Assembly (NCBI RefSeq): GCF_035084215.1
Contig: NC_090345.1
Location: 26,102,001 to 26,166,000 of the forward strand
DNA: 64,000 nt
Origin: Heptranchias perlo
Lineage: Eukaryota
Direction: 5' to 3'
Each line of letters opens with the position of its first letter. Position 1 is the stretch's first letter. The translations under genes were made by a program, and so were the position numbers. A model generated the notes under the pieces. It searched no databases and was not told where the DNA came from. It worked only from the letters and a program-made list of their open reading frames with translations. Shown one piece after another: positions 9,701 through 21,700 of this stretch.

Positions 9701-12700
9701 GAGGTGTATAATTGTCATGGACACCTGTATGTACAAAGCATATTCTCCTCTAACGTGCAGTGAAATAAATCCTGGTATTGCTACATTACCCCTTCAGGTC
9801 AATTATACAAGGACAAGGGCATTCTGGCAGTTTGAAATTGTACCACTTTCATGCACGTTGTCAAAAGAATAAAACAGAAAATGTTGGAGATGCACAGCAG
9901 GTTGATGATCTGAAGGAGAAAGATATGTTAATGTTTCAGGTGTGGTGCTTTATCAGAATGTATTTATTATTATCTACCTTATTTCTGCCAACAAAATCTT
10001 TATATTTTTCCAGACACTTGTATTTATTGTAAGAATGATACTGGAGTGTGTTGCAAGCTAGAGGTGCATCTTGAGATTAGGATAATGAGAACTGCTCTTG
10101 TCTTGTACAATCTTGATATTATTGTCGTGTAGTGTGCCATTTGGTAACCTGTAAATAGTACACTATAATATTTATAGTACATATTTACTGGAATAAAAGG
10201 GCTTGTTTTAGGTGTGTATGATTTCTGGAAGAAATCTGGATGTAGAGGAGATAACTGCTGATGAGATTCAAAAGAAAACTGGATATATATCATGTCACAT
10301 GATGCATTGTACTTCCTGGTATTAAATGGAAGTAGAACTTTTTATGTTTGGCTTAGCATGGATATGGGTCTCGCTGTATGGTATAACTGGATTATTTTAT
10401 ATTTTAAAGCAAGCTGAGATATTGGATGAAAGTGGTGATGAAGCCGACGAAGATGATGTCTTTGGGTTCATCAGTGTTTTAAATCTGACTGAAAGAAAGG
10501 CAAGTACACCATACATTATCTGAGTTGACCAGAAAGTTGCATTACATTTGGGAGTGAATTATTCATCATGCTGGATTTGCATGTGAAATGACAGCTTAAT
10601 AGTCTATATGTTATCCAGTTATTTTCTTGTTTTGCTTGATTGCTTTGAAAATCCTCTTAAGGACCCAAATATTTAGCAATATTGTAGACCATGACTAAGT
10701 TCAACTTTTTGAGGTTCATGAAATATAAGGGTGTGTGCCAAATAGCTGTGATCAAAATTCCTTTGGTGCTTTGCCCTGGAGACAGGGTCAGTCAGCATAG
10801 ATTTGTAAAAGGCAGGTAATGTTTGATCTTTTTTTGGAAAATTGCAGTGTGTAGATAAAGGGAATGTAATATATGGATGGATGTGTGTGTGAATATGTAT
10901 GTATATACATCTCCACATGAGAGGTTTGTTACAAAAATTAGAGCGCATGGTATTAAAGAAATGAAGCTGCATGGAACGGCTAGGGGACAGAGATCAAAGA
11001 ATAGGGTAACTGGGTGTTTTTTGGATTCACAGGATGTAGGTAGTAGTGTGCCCCAGGGATCTGTGCTGGAATGTCAAGTTCTCCTTTTCCATAACTGATT
11101 TAACCATATGCACAATGGGAATTAGATCAAAGTTTGCTGATGATGTCAATTAGGTGGCATGGCAAAGTGTGATGAAGAATGTAAGAGATTGTAGGAAGAT
11201 ATAGTTTGGTGGAGTGGACAGATAAGTGTCAGATGCAGTTCAATGTGGACTAATGGGATGAGTAAGATCATAAGAAATAGGAACAGGAGTAGGCCATAGG
11301 GCCCCTCGAGCCTGCTCCGCCATTCAATAAGATCATGGCTGATCTTCTACATCAATTCCACTTTCCTGCCCTATCCCCATATCCCTTGATTCCCTTAGTG
11401 TCCAAAAATCTATCGATCTCAGTCTTGAATATACTTAATGACAGAGCAACCACAGCCCTTTGGGGTAGAGAATTCCAAAGATTCACAACCCTCTGAGTGA
11501 AGAAATTTTTCTTCATCTTGGTCCTAAATGGCCGAACCCTTATCTTGAGACTATGACCCCTTGTTCTAGATTCTCCAGCCAGGGGAAACAGCCTCTCAGC
11601 ACCTAACCTGTCAAGCCCTCTAAGAAATTTATACGTTTCAATGAGATCACCTCTCATTCTTCTAAACTCCAGAGAATATAGGCCCATTCTACACAATCTC
11701 TCCTCATAGGACAACCCTCTCATCCCAGGAATCAATCTAGTGAACCTTCGTTGCACCGCCTCTAAGGCAAGTACATCCTTCCTTAGATAAGGAGACCAAA
11801 ATTGTACACAGTACTCCAGATGTGGTCTCACCAGAGCCCTATATAATTGCAGCAAGATCTCCTTACTCTTGTACTCCGACCCCCTTGCAATAAAGGCTAA
11901 TTTATTGCAAGGGGGTTGGAGGGGTACAATAGCATAGTGGTTATGTTACTGGACGAGTAATCCAGAGGCCTGGACTAATAATCTGGAGTTATGAGTTCAA
12001 ATCCTGCCACGGCAGCTGGGGAATTTAAACTCAATTAATTAAATAAAACCTGGAATTTAAAAAAAAATACTATCAGTAATGGAGGCCATGAAACTACCGG
12101 ATTGTCGTAAAAACCTATCTGGTTCACTAATGTCCTTTTAGGGAAGGAAACCTGCCGTTGTTACCCGGCCTGGCCTATGTGTGACTCCGGACCCACAGCA
12201 AAATGGTTGATTCTTAATCGCCCTCTGAAATGGCCCAGCAAGCCACTCAGTTGTACAATACAGAAAGTCACAATAAGAATAAAACCGGACGGACCACTAG
12301 GCACCGGACATGACAAAGGCAAACCAAGCCTAGTCGATCCTGCAAAGTCTTCCTCACTAACATCTGGGGACTTGTACCAAAATTGGGAGAGCTGTCCCAA
12401 AGACTAGTCAAGCAACAGCCTGACATAGCCATACTCACAGAATCATACTTTTCAGCAATGTCCCGGACTCTTCCGTCACCATCCCTGCTATTTCCTGTTC
12501 CACCGGCAGGACAGACACACCAGAGGTGGCGGTACAGTGATATACTGTATGGAGGGAGTGGCCCTGGGAGTCCTCAACATTGACTCCGGATCCCATGAAA
12601 TATCATGGCATCAGGTCAAACATGGGCAAGGAAACCTCCTGCTGATTACCACCTACCGCCCTCCCTCAGCTGATGAATCAGTCCTCCTCCATGTTGAGCA

Positions 12701-15700
12701 CCATTTGGAGGAAGCATTGAGGATAGCAAGGGCACAGCATGTACTCTGCTTGGGGGAATTCAATGTCCATCACCAAGAGTGGCTCGGTAGCACCGCTACT
12801 GACCGAGCTGGCTGAGTCCTGAATGACATAGCTGCCAGACTGGGCCTGCGGCAGGTGGTGAGTGAACCAACACGAGGGAAAAACCTACTTGATCTTGTCC
12901 TCTCCAATTTACCTGTTGCAGATGCATCCGTCCATGACAGTATTGGTAGGAGTGACCACCGCACAGTCCTTGGGGAGTGCCACACACTATCCAAAGTGTG
13001 TGGCACTACCACCGTGCTAAATGGGATAGATTCAGAGCAGATCTAGCAGCTCAAAACTGAGCATCCATGAGGCGTGGTGGGCCATCAGCAGCAGCAGAAT
13101 TGTATTCCAGCACAATCTGTGTAACCTCATGGCCCGGCATAATCCTCACTCTACCATTACCAACAAGGCAGGGGATCAACCCTGGTTCAATGAGGAGTGT
13201 AGAAGAGAAAGCCAGGAGTAGCACCAGGCGTACCTAAAAATGAAGTGCCAACCTGGTGAAGCTACAACACAGGACTACATGCATGCTAAACAGCGGAAGC
13301 AACATGCTATAGACAGAGCTAAGCGATTCCACAACCAACAGATCAGATCAAAACTCTGCAGTCTTGCCACATCCAGTCGTGAATGGTGGTGGACAATTAA
13401 ACAACTAACGGTAGGAGGAGGCTCCGTGGACATCCCCATCCTCAATGATGACAGAGCTCAGCACGTGATTGCAAAAGACCAGGCTGAAGCGTTTGCATCC
13501 ATCTTCAGCAGTGCCGAGTGGATGATCCATCTTGGCCTCCTCCCGATATCCCCATCATCACAGAAGCCAGTCTTCAGCCAATTCGATTCACTCCACGTGA
13601 TATCAAGAAACAGCTGAGTGCACTGGATACAACAAAGGCTATGGGCCCCGACAACATCCTGGCTGTAGTGCTGAAGACTTGTGCTCAAGAACTAGCCGCA
13701 CCTCTAGCCAAATTGTTCCAGTAAGCTACGACACTGGCATCTACCCAACAATGTGGAAAATTGCCCAGGTATGTCCTGTCCACAAAAAGCAGGACCATTC
13801 CAATCCGGCCAGTTACCGCCCCATCAGTCTACTGTCAATCATCAGCAAGGTGATGGAAGGTGTCGTCGACAGTGCTATCAAGTGGCACTTACTCACCAAT
13901 AACCTGCTCAGTTTGGGTTCCGCCAGGACCACTTGGTTCCAGACCTCATTACAGCCTTGGTCCAAACATGGACAGAAGAGCTGAATTCCAGAGGTGAGTT
14001 GAGAGTGACTGCCCTTGACATCAAGACAGCATCTGACCGAGCGTGGCACCAAGGAGCCCGAGTAAAATTGAAGTCAATAGGAATCGGGGGGAAAACTCTC
14101 CAGTGACTGGAGTCAGACCTAGCACGAAGGAAGATGGTAGTGGTCATTGGAGGCCAATCATCTCAGCCGCAGGACATTGCTGCAGGAGTTCCTCAGGGCA
14201 GTGTCCTAGGCCCAACCACCTTCAGCTGCTTCATCCCTCCATCATAAGGTCAGAAATGGGGATGTTCGCTGATGATTGCACAGTATTTAGTTTCATTCGC
14301 AACCCCTCAGATAATGAAGCAGTCCGTGTTTGCATGCAGCAAGACCTGGACAACAACCAGGCTTGGGCTGATAAGTGGCAAGTAATATTTGCGCTAGACA
14401 AGTGCCAGGCAATGACCATCTCCAACAAGTGAGAATCCAACCACCTCCCCTTGACATTCAGCGGCATTACTATCGCCGAATCCCCCACCATCAACATCCT
14501 GGGGGTCACCATTGACCAGAAACTTAACTAGACCAGCCACTTAAATACTGTGGCTACAAGAGCAGGGCAGAGGCTGGTGTGTGACTCACCTCCTGACTCC
14601 CCAAATCCTTTCCACCATCTACAGTGCACAAGTCAGGAGTGTGATAGAATACTCTCCACTTGCCTGGATGATTGCAGCTCTAACAGCACTCAAGAAGCTC
14701 CACACCATCCAGGACAAAGCAGCCCGCTTGATTGGAACCCCGTCCACCACCCTAAACATTCATTCCCTTCACCACCGGCGCACCCTGGTTGCAGTGTGTA
14801 CCGTCTAGAGAATGCACTGCAGCAACTCGCCAAGGCTTCTTCGACAGCACCTCCCAAACCCGCGACCTCTACCGCCTAGAAGGACAAGGGCAGCAGGCAC
14901 ATGGGAACAACACCACTTGCACGTTCCCTTCCAAGTCACACACCATCCCGACTTGGAAATATATCGCTGTTCCTTCATTGTCGCTGGGTCAAAATCCTGG
15001 AACTCCCTACCTAACAGCACTGTGGGAGAACCTTCACCACACGGACTGCAGCGGTTCAAGAAGGCGGCTCACCATCACCTTCTCTGCAATTAGGGATAGG
15101 CAATAAATGCTGACCTTGCCAGCAACGCCCATGTCCATTGAACGAATAAAAAAATATATATTACCCGCAATCCAGCGAGCCCTAATCTTGTGTGGCACCT
15201 TATCGAATGCCTTTTGAAAATCCAAATCTACTTCATCCACTGGTTTCCCTTTATCTACCCTGCTAGATACACCCTCAAAAAATTCGAATAGATTTGTCAA
15301 ATATAATCTCCCTTTCACAAAACCGTGTTGAGTCTGCCTAATAATATTCTGATTTTCTAAGTGCCCTGATTCTACATCATTAATAATAGATTCCAGCATT
15401 TTTCCTTTTACTGATGTCAGGCTAACCGGCCTAAAGTTCCCTGTTTTCTTTTTTTCCCCCCTTTCTTGAATAGCCGGGTTACATTTGCTACCTTCCAATC
15501 TACGGAGACCATTCTAGAATCTAGAGAATTCTGGAAGATCAAAACCAATGCATCCATTATCTCTGCCGCCACCTCTCTTTTAAAACCCTAGGATGTAGGC
15601 CATCAGGTCCAAGGGATTTGTCGGCTTTTAGTCCCATTAATTTCTTCAGTAATCTTTCTTTACTAATATTAATTACTTTAAGTTCCTCACTCTCATTAGA

Positions 15701-18700
15701 CCCTTGGTTCTCTACTATTTCTGGTATTTTTTTTATGTCTTCTACTGTGAAAACAGATACAAAATATTTGTTTATTGTCTCTGCCAGTTCCTTATTCCTC
15801 ATTATAATTTATCCTGTCCCTGCCTCCAAGGGATCCACATTTACTTTCACTAAACTCTTCCTTTTTACATATTGAGAAGAAGCTCTTACAATCTGTTTTT
15901 ATATTTCTTGCTAGTTTACTCTCATTCAGTTTTCTCCTCCTTTTATTAATTTCTTGGTCATCCTTTGCTGATTTCTAAAACCCTCCCAATCCTCAGGCTT
16001 GCAACTCTTTGGCAACGTTGTAAGCCTCGTTTAATCTAATACTATCCTTAACTTCTCTAGTTAGCCACGGTTGGATTACTTTTCCTCTGGAGTTTTTATT
16101 TCTCAAGGGAATGTATATCCGTTGAGAATTATGAATTATTTCTTTAAACGTTCGTCATTGCTTATCTACTGTCATATCTTTTAATCTAATTTCCCAATCT
16201 ACCTTAGCCAACCCACCCCTCATACCTATGTAATTGCCTTTGTTTAAATTTAAGACCCTAGTTTTGGCCTTAACTACATTGCTCTCAAACACAATATGAA
16301 ATTCGATCATATTATGATCATTCTGCCCCAGAGGATCCTTAACTGTAAGATTACTAATTAACCCTGTCTCATTACACAATACTAGATCTAAAATAGCCTG
16401 TTTCCTAGTTGGCCCCTCAACATATTGTTCTAGAAAACTGTCTCGCATGCATTCCATGAACTCATCCTCTGAATTACTTTTGCCAATTTGGTTTGCCTAG
16501 TCTATGTGAAGATTAAAGTCCCCCACGATTATTGCATTAATCTTGTTACTTGCTCCTCTAATTTCCTGATTTATACTCTGTCCAACACTACAACTACTGT
16601 TAGGAGGCCTATAAACTACTCCCACTGGTGTTTTCTGCCCCATGTTATTTCTTAGCTCCACCCATACTGATTCTACATCCTGATTTTCTGAGCTAAGATC
16701 CTTTCTCATTACTGCCTTTATCTCATCCTTGATTGTCAGGGCTAGCCCCCCTCCTTTGCCATTTTGCCTGTCTTTTCTAAAAGTCAAGTACCATGGCATA
16801 TTTAGTTCTGAACCTTGGTCACCCTGCAACCACGGCTCAATCCCATTTATCTCTATTTGTGCCATTAATTCATCTATCTTGTCACGAATGCTTTGTGCAT
16901 TCCGATATAACGCCATTAATTTTAACTTAGTATTTTTTCCCTGATGTGACCTTAGTCACTAATACCCTATTATCTTTGTTACACTCTCTGTCCCTTCCTG
17001 ACACACTACTTGTTTTTACCCAAATCGCTACTCTGCACTACAGCCTTGACTTTTCTCTTTAGACTTATTTTTACCCTTACCTGAACCCTCCCCCACTCCC
17101 ACCCCCCTTATTTTTTTTTATTTGTTCAGGTGATGTGGGCATCGCTGACTAGGCCAGCATTTATTGCCCATCCCTAATTGCCCTTGAGAAGGTGGTGGTG
17201 AGCCGCCTTCTTGAATCGTTGCAGTCCATGTGGTGAAGGTTCTCCCACAGTGCTGTTCGGTAGGGAGTTCCAGGATTTTGACCCAGCGACGATGAAGGAA
17301 CGGCGATATATTTCCAAGTCGGGATGGTGCGTGACTTGAAGGGGAACATGCAGGTGGTGTTGTTCCCCATGTGCTTGCTGCCCTTGTCCTTCTAGGTGGT
17401 AGAGGTCGCAGGTTTGGGAGGTGCTGTCAAAGAAGCCTTGGTGAGTTGCTGCAGTGCACCCTGTGGATGGTATACGCAGCAGCCACAGTGCGCCGGTGGT
17501 GAAGGGAGTGAATATTTAGGGTGGTGGATGGGGTTCCAATCAAGCGGGCTGCTTTGTCCTGGATGGTGTGGAGCTTCTTGAGTGTTGTTGGAGCTGCACT
17601 CATCCAGGCAAGTGGAGAGCATTCCATCACACTCCTGACTTGTGCCTTGTAGATGGTGGAAAGGCTTTGGGGAGTCAGGAGGTGAGTCACTCGCCGCAGA
17701 ATACCCAGCCTCTGACCTGCTCTTGTAGCCACAGTATTTATGTGGCTGGTCCAGTTAAGTTTTTGGTCAATGGTGACCCCCCCCAGGATGTTGATGGTGG
17801 GGGATTCGGCGATGGTAATGCCGTTGAATGTCAAGGGGAGGTGGTTAGACTCTCTTGTTGGAGATGGTCATTGTCTGGTTATAAGTTTTAAGCCCTATTT
17901 ACCACCCTAGTTATTCGATTCGTCAGGACACTGGTCCCAGCCCTGCTTAAGTGACTCCGGTCCCAAAGGAACAGCTCCCTCTTTACCTAGCACTGGTGCC
18001 AGTGCCCCATGAGTTGAAATCCCTTCCACCCGCACCACTCTTTCAACCACGCATTTAACCATCTAACCTGTTTGTCCCTATGCCAGTTTGCGTGTGGCTC
18101 AGGTAGTAATCCAGAGATTATTACCTTTGAGGATCTTTTTAATTTGGACCCTAGCTCCTTAAACTCCCTCAGCGGAATCTCATTCCTAGTTCTACCTATG
18201 TCGTTGGTTTCTACACGGACCACGACAACTGGATCCTCTCCCTCCTTCTCCAAGTTCTTCTCCAGTTGCGAGGAGATGTCCTTAACCCTGGCACCGGACA
18301 GGCAACACAGTCTTTGGGACTCCCGGTCGCGGCTGCAGAGAACAGTATTTATCCCCCTGACTGTACTATCTCCTAACGCTACTACATTCCTTTTCACTCC
18401 CACCACTTGAATAGCCTCTTGTACCACGGTGCCATGGTCAATTTGCCCATCCTCCCTGCAGTCTTTGTTCTCATCCACACAGGTAGCAAGTACCTCGTAC
18501 CTGTTGAACAAAGGCTGAGGCTCGTCCACCACTGGATCTGGGGTCCCCTTACCTGCCTGACTCGCAGTCACATCCTTCTATCCCTGACCACTAATCAAAT
18601 GTAAACAACTACCTAACCTAAGGGGTGTGACTGCCTCCTGGTTCAAAGTGTCCAGGTAACTCTCCCCTCCCTGATGCATTGCAATGTCTGCACCTTGGTC

Positions 18701-21700
18701 TCCAACTCAACACCTCTGAGCTGAAGTTCCTTGAGTTGCAGACACTTACTGCAGATGTGGTTGCCTAGGATCACGTTGCTCTCCACAAACTCCCACACTC
18801 ATGTATATTTTGGGAACAAGAACTGCATGGAATTATACTTTAATGGTTAGATTCTTAATAGATTGGAGGAGCAGAGGGATCTATGGGTGTAGATATGTAG
18901 ATTTTTGAAGTGGGAATGCAGGTTGAACAGGCCATTAAAAAAAATGTGATTCTGTGTTTTGTATATAGAGGCATTGAATATGAAAGCAAGGAAGTGATGC
19001 TGAATTTGTAAAAGACGTTAGTTGGGTCCTAGTTGAAGTTTTGCGTGCAGTTCTGGGCACCCCATTGTCCGAAAGATATTAGAGCTTATGGAAAAGGTAC
19101 AGTGAAGATTCACTGGAATGATATCCGGAATGAAAGGTTATTGTTAGAAGTTGAAGTGGAATCCAGTAGAGGTTTTCAAAATTCTGAAAGGTTTGGAGAG
19201 GATGAATAGTGAAAGATTGTTTCCACTGTTTGACAAACTGATAATAAGAAGGCATTAACTCAAGATTATTACCAGAATAATGAAGGAAGAAGTTAGAGGA
19301 AATGTTTTTACATAAAAGGCTATTAGAACATGGAATGTTTTTCCAAAAGTGACTACCAAGACAGTGATTAAACATCTTTAAAAACAAAATTGGATGATTT
19401 ATAAAAGGGAAAAATCTGCCTGAGAAGAATCAGGGAAATGGAATAGACTCAATAGCTCCAGTTGAAAAGCTAGCACAGACGCAATGGGCCAAATGGTCGC
19501 CTCCTGTGCTGCAATATAGAAGTTACACCGCCTCTGAAAGCAGGGCTGTAATATAAATTGGCTGTTATAGAATCATAGAAAGGTTAGAGCACGGAAGGAG
19601 GCCTTTCGGCCCTTCGAGTCCGTACCGGCTCTGTGCTGTTGTTAATGTACCTTACAGTTTGGTAACAACTATTTTTTAATAGGTCTGGAATATTTGTAAT
19701 CCTTAATGTCTTTATGACTACTTAGTAATTTTGATTCTTGGCGTGGCACTTTTGATACCTCACATATGACGGAACTGCTTTTGACGTGTGCAATTCAGCT
19801 GCTCCATATTTTGGGTTTTCGTACTGTATCTATGCCATGATGGATATAAATCCTGCACAATACAAGCAAAAAAACTTGATCTGTAGGATGAGGCACTGTT
19901 AACTTATCAAGAGGAGGTGGTTTTGTGCCGTTCAAGGTACAAAAACAAACTGGTTCATAAATGACCCATAGTAGAAGCTCAATCTGGCTAGATTCTTGAG
20001 TTCAAGAAATGCACTGCCATGGAGAAATGATTTGAGTGGAGGAATAAATGGATAGTGAGTCTTAAAAAGGAGAATTATCAAACTAGGAAATGAGGGAAAG
20101 TAGATTGAGAATTAAAGATGGGCTGGAAAAAGCTATGTGAAGAGATGAAGTAGATACTATGAAAACTTCAATTGTACTGGTTAACCTTTATTACCTAATT
20201 ACAGTTGCAATATTTTTCCTTTAAAAGTTCATGAAATAATTTGAATTTTCCTGCTGTGGAAGTATAAATAATATTTGAGGAACCTGTTTTCATATTTTTT
20301 TGGTCTCTAATGTAAAATGCAAGAAAATTGGTATCGCATGACATATATTTTAGGTATTGGTCCAATTAATTGAAACCAGAATATATGAAAATAACAGTTT
20401 GTTACATACACAGTTTTTTTTAGAAGCAGTTATAAAACCATTTAAAAAGAGACATTATAATTATTAAAAGCACATCTGACCAAATTGAACAAGTTTACTT
20501 AATTATGGTAGCCACAATCGAATAATTTTGATTTGCACATTCTCCAGTGTTACATTAACATCAGTAGATTAACATCTGCTGAATGCACTCCAGTGGGAAA
20601 GATTTTCTCTATGCTCTGTGTCATGAAAGTGTAAATTTAAATGAATAGAAAGTAGAAACAAATAATATAAATGGCTCTTTAATACAGTTTATTTTCATAA
20701 TAGCTTTCAAAATAAGCATGCTGTTTCTTCCTTGTAACAGCTACAAAACAGATTTTTAATTTAATAAACTTTTGAAGCCACTGCATATTGAGTAACGTCT
20801 GTTTAGCTCTTGTAACCGTTTCAGTAACATGAATGATTGATTTGTCTGCAAGTTTGTTTGACAATTGTGCACCATTTCAGTACACATTTTATAGTTTGTG
20901 GATTTTTTTTAATATACAGGAACAGTATAAATCAGAGTATGGCTGACTGATGTCTTTCTATAATCTCTAGGGAACGGAGTCTGTTGAACAGATTAAAGAA
21001 TTGGTTCTGAGCCAGTGCGATACCCATCACCAGAGTGCAGCTGAGCAGCTGGACAAAATACTAAATGACAACAGCAAGCCAGTGAGCTTTCTCATCAGTG
21101 AGCGCTTCATTAATGTGCCACCTCAGATCTCTCTGCCCTTGCACAAACAGCTCCAGTAAGGACCCCATACTGAGCTATTATGTTATAATAAAAGGCCTGT
21201 TTGTGAACAATCCAAGGGGGGGAAACTGTTATGTTTCTAATCTAGTGACATAAATTAGCACAGTGGAACTGGTTAAAAGTTCCTATTAAATGAGATGAGT
21301 CCCTCATTAATAGAAACAAAGTATTGATTCATGTTTGGAGTAGACTGTCAGAAAAGTAGACTGCGATAATTGTACTTGTTAGTTAATAATGTGCATATTC
21401 CATAGGAACGTGTAAGCAGATAAGAGAAGTAAAAGGCATGTTTGTTGGGCAGCCTAAGTCTATTGTTGACATTTGCGATAAATAGAGATAAGATTTTATT
21501 TTTGTAATTTTAAACTTAAGGAGTTGTATAAGTATTTTTAAGTGTGTGTTGGTACATTTTTAATTCGGTTACTCCCATTTTCCCTGCGCTTTGAAGCTAA
21601 GGTACAGTAAATGTCACAAAAATGGGATAATTGTGCCCGGTCACTTGCAGTCCAACTCAGTTTTCCTGGTACGAGCTCGCAGCTGGAAATTTCCCAAATT

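Noticed and set aside
11922-12010. Possible genuine tRNA-Thr gene (also SINE heads at 36330, 41757, 54450)
   Set aside because: Acceptor and T stems do not pair properly, one copy has a duplicated anticodon arm, and all are heads of repeats
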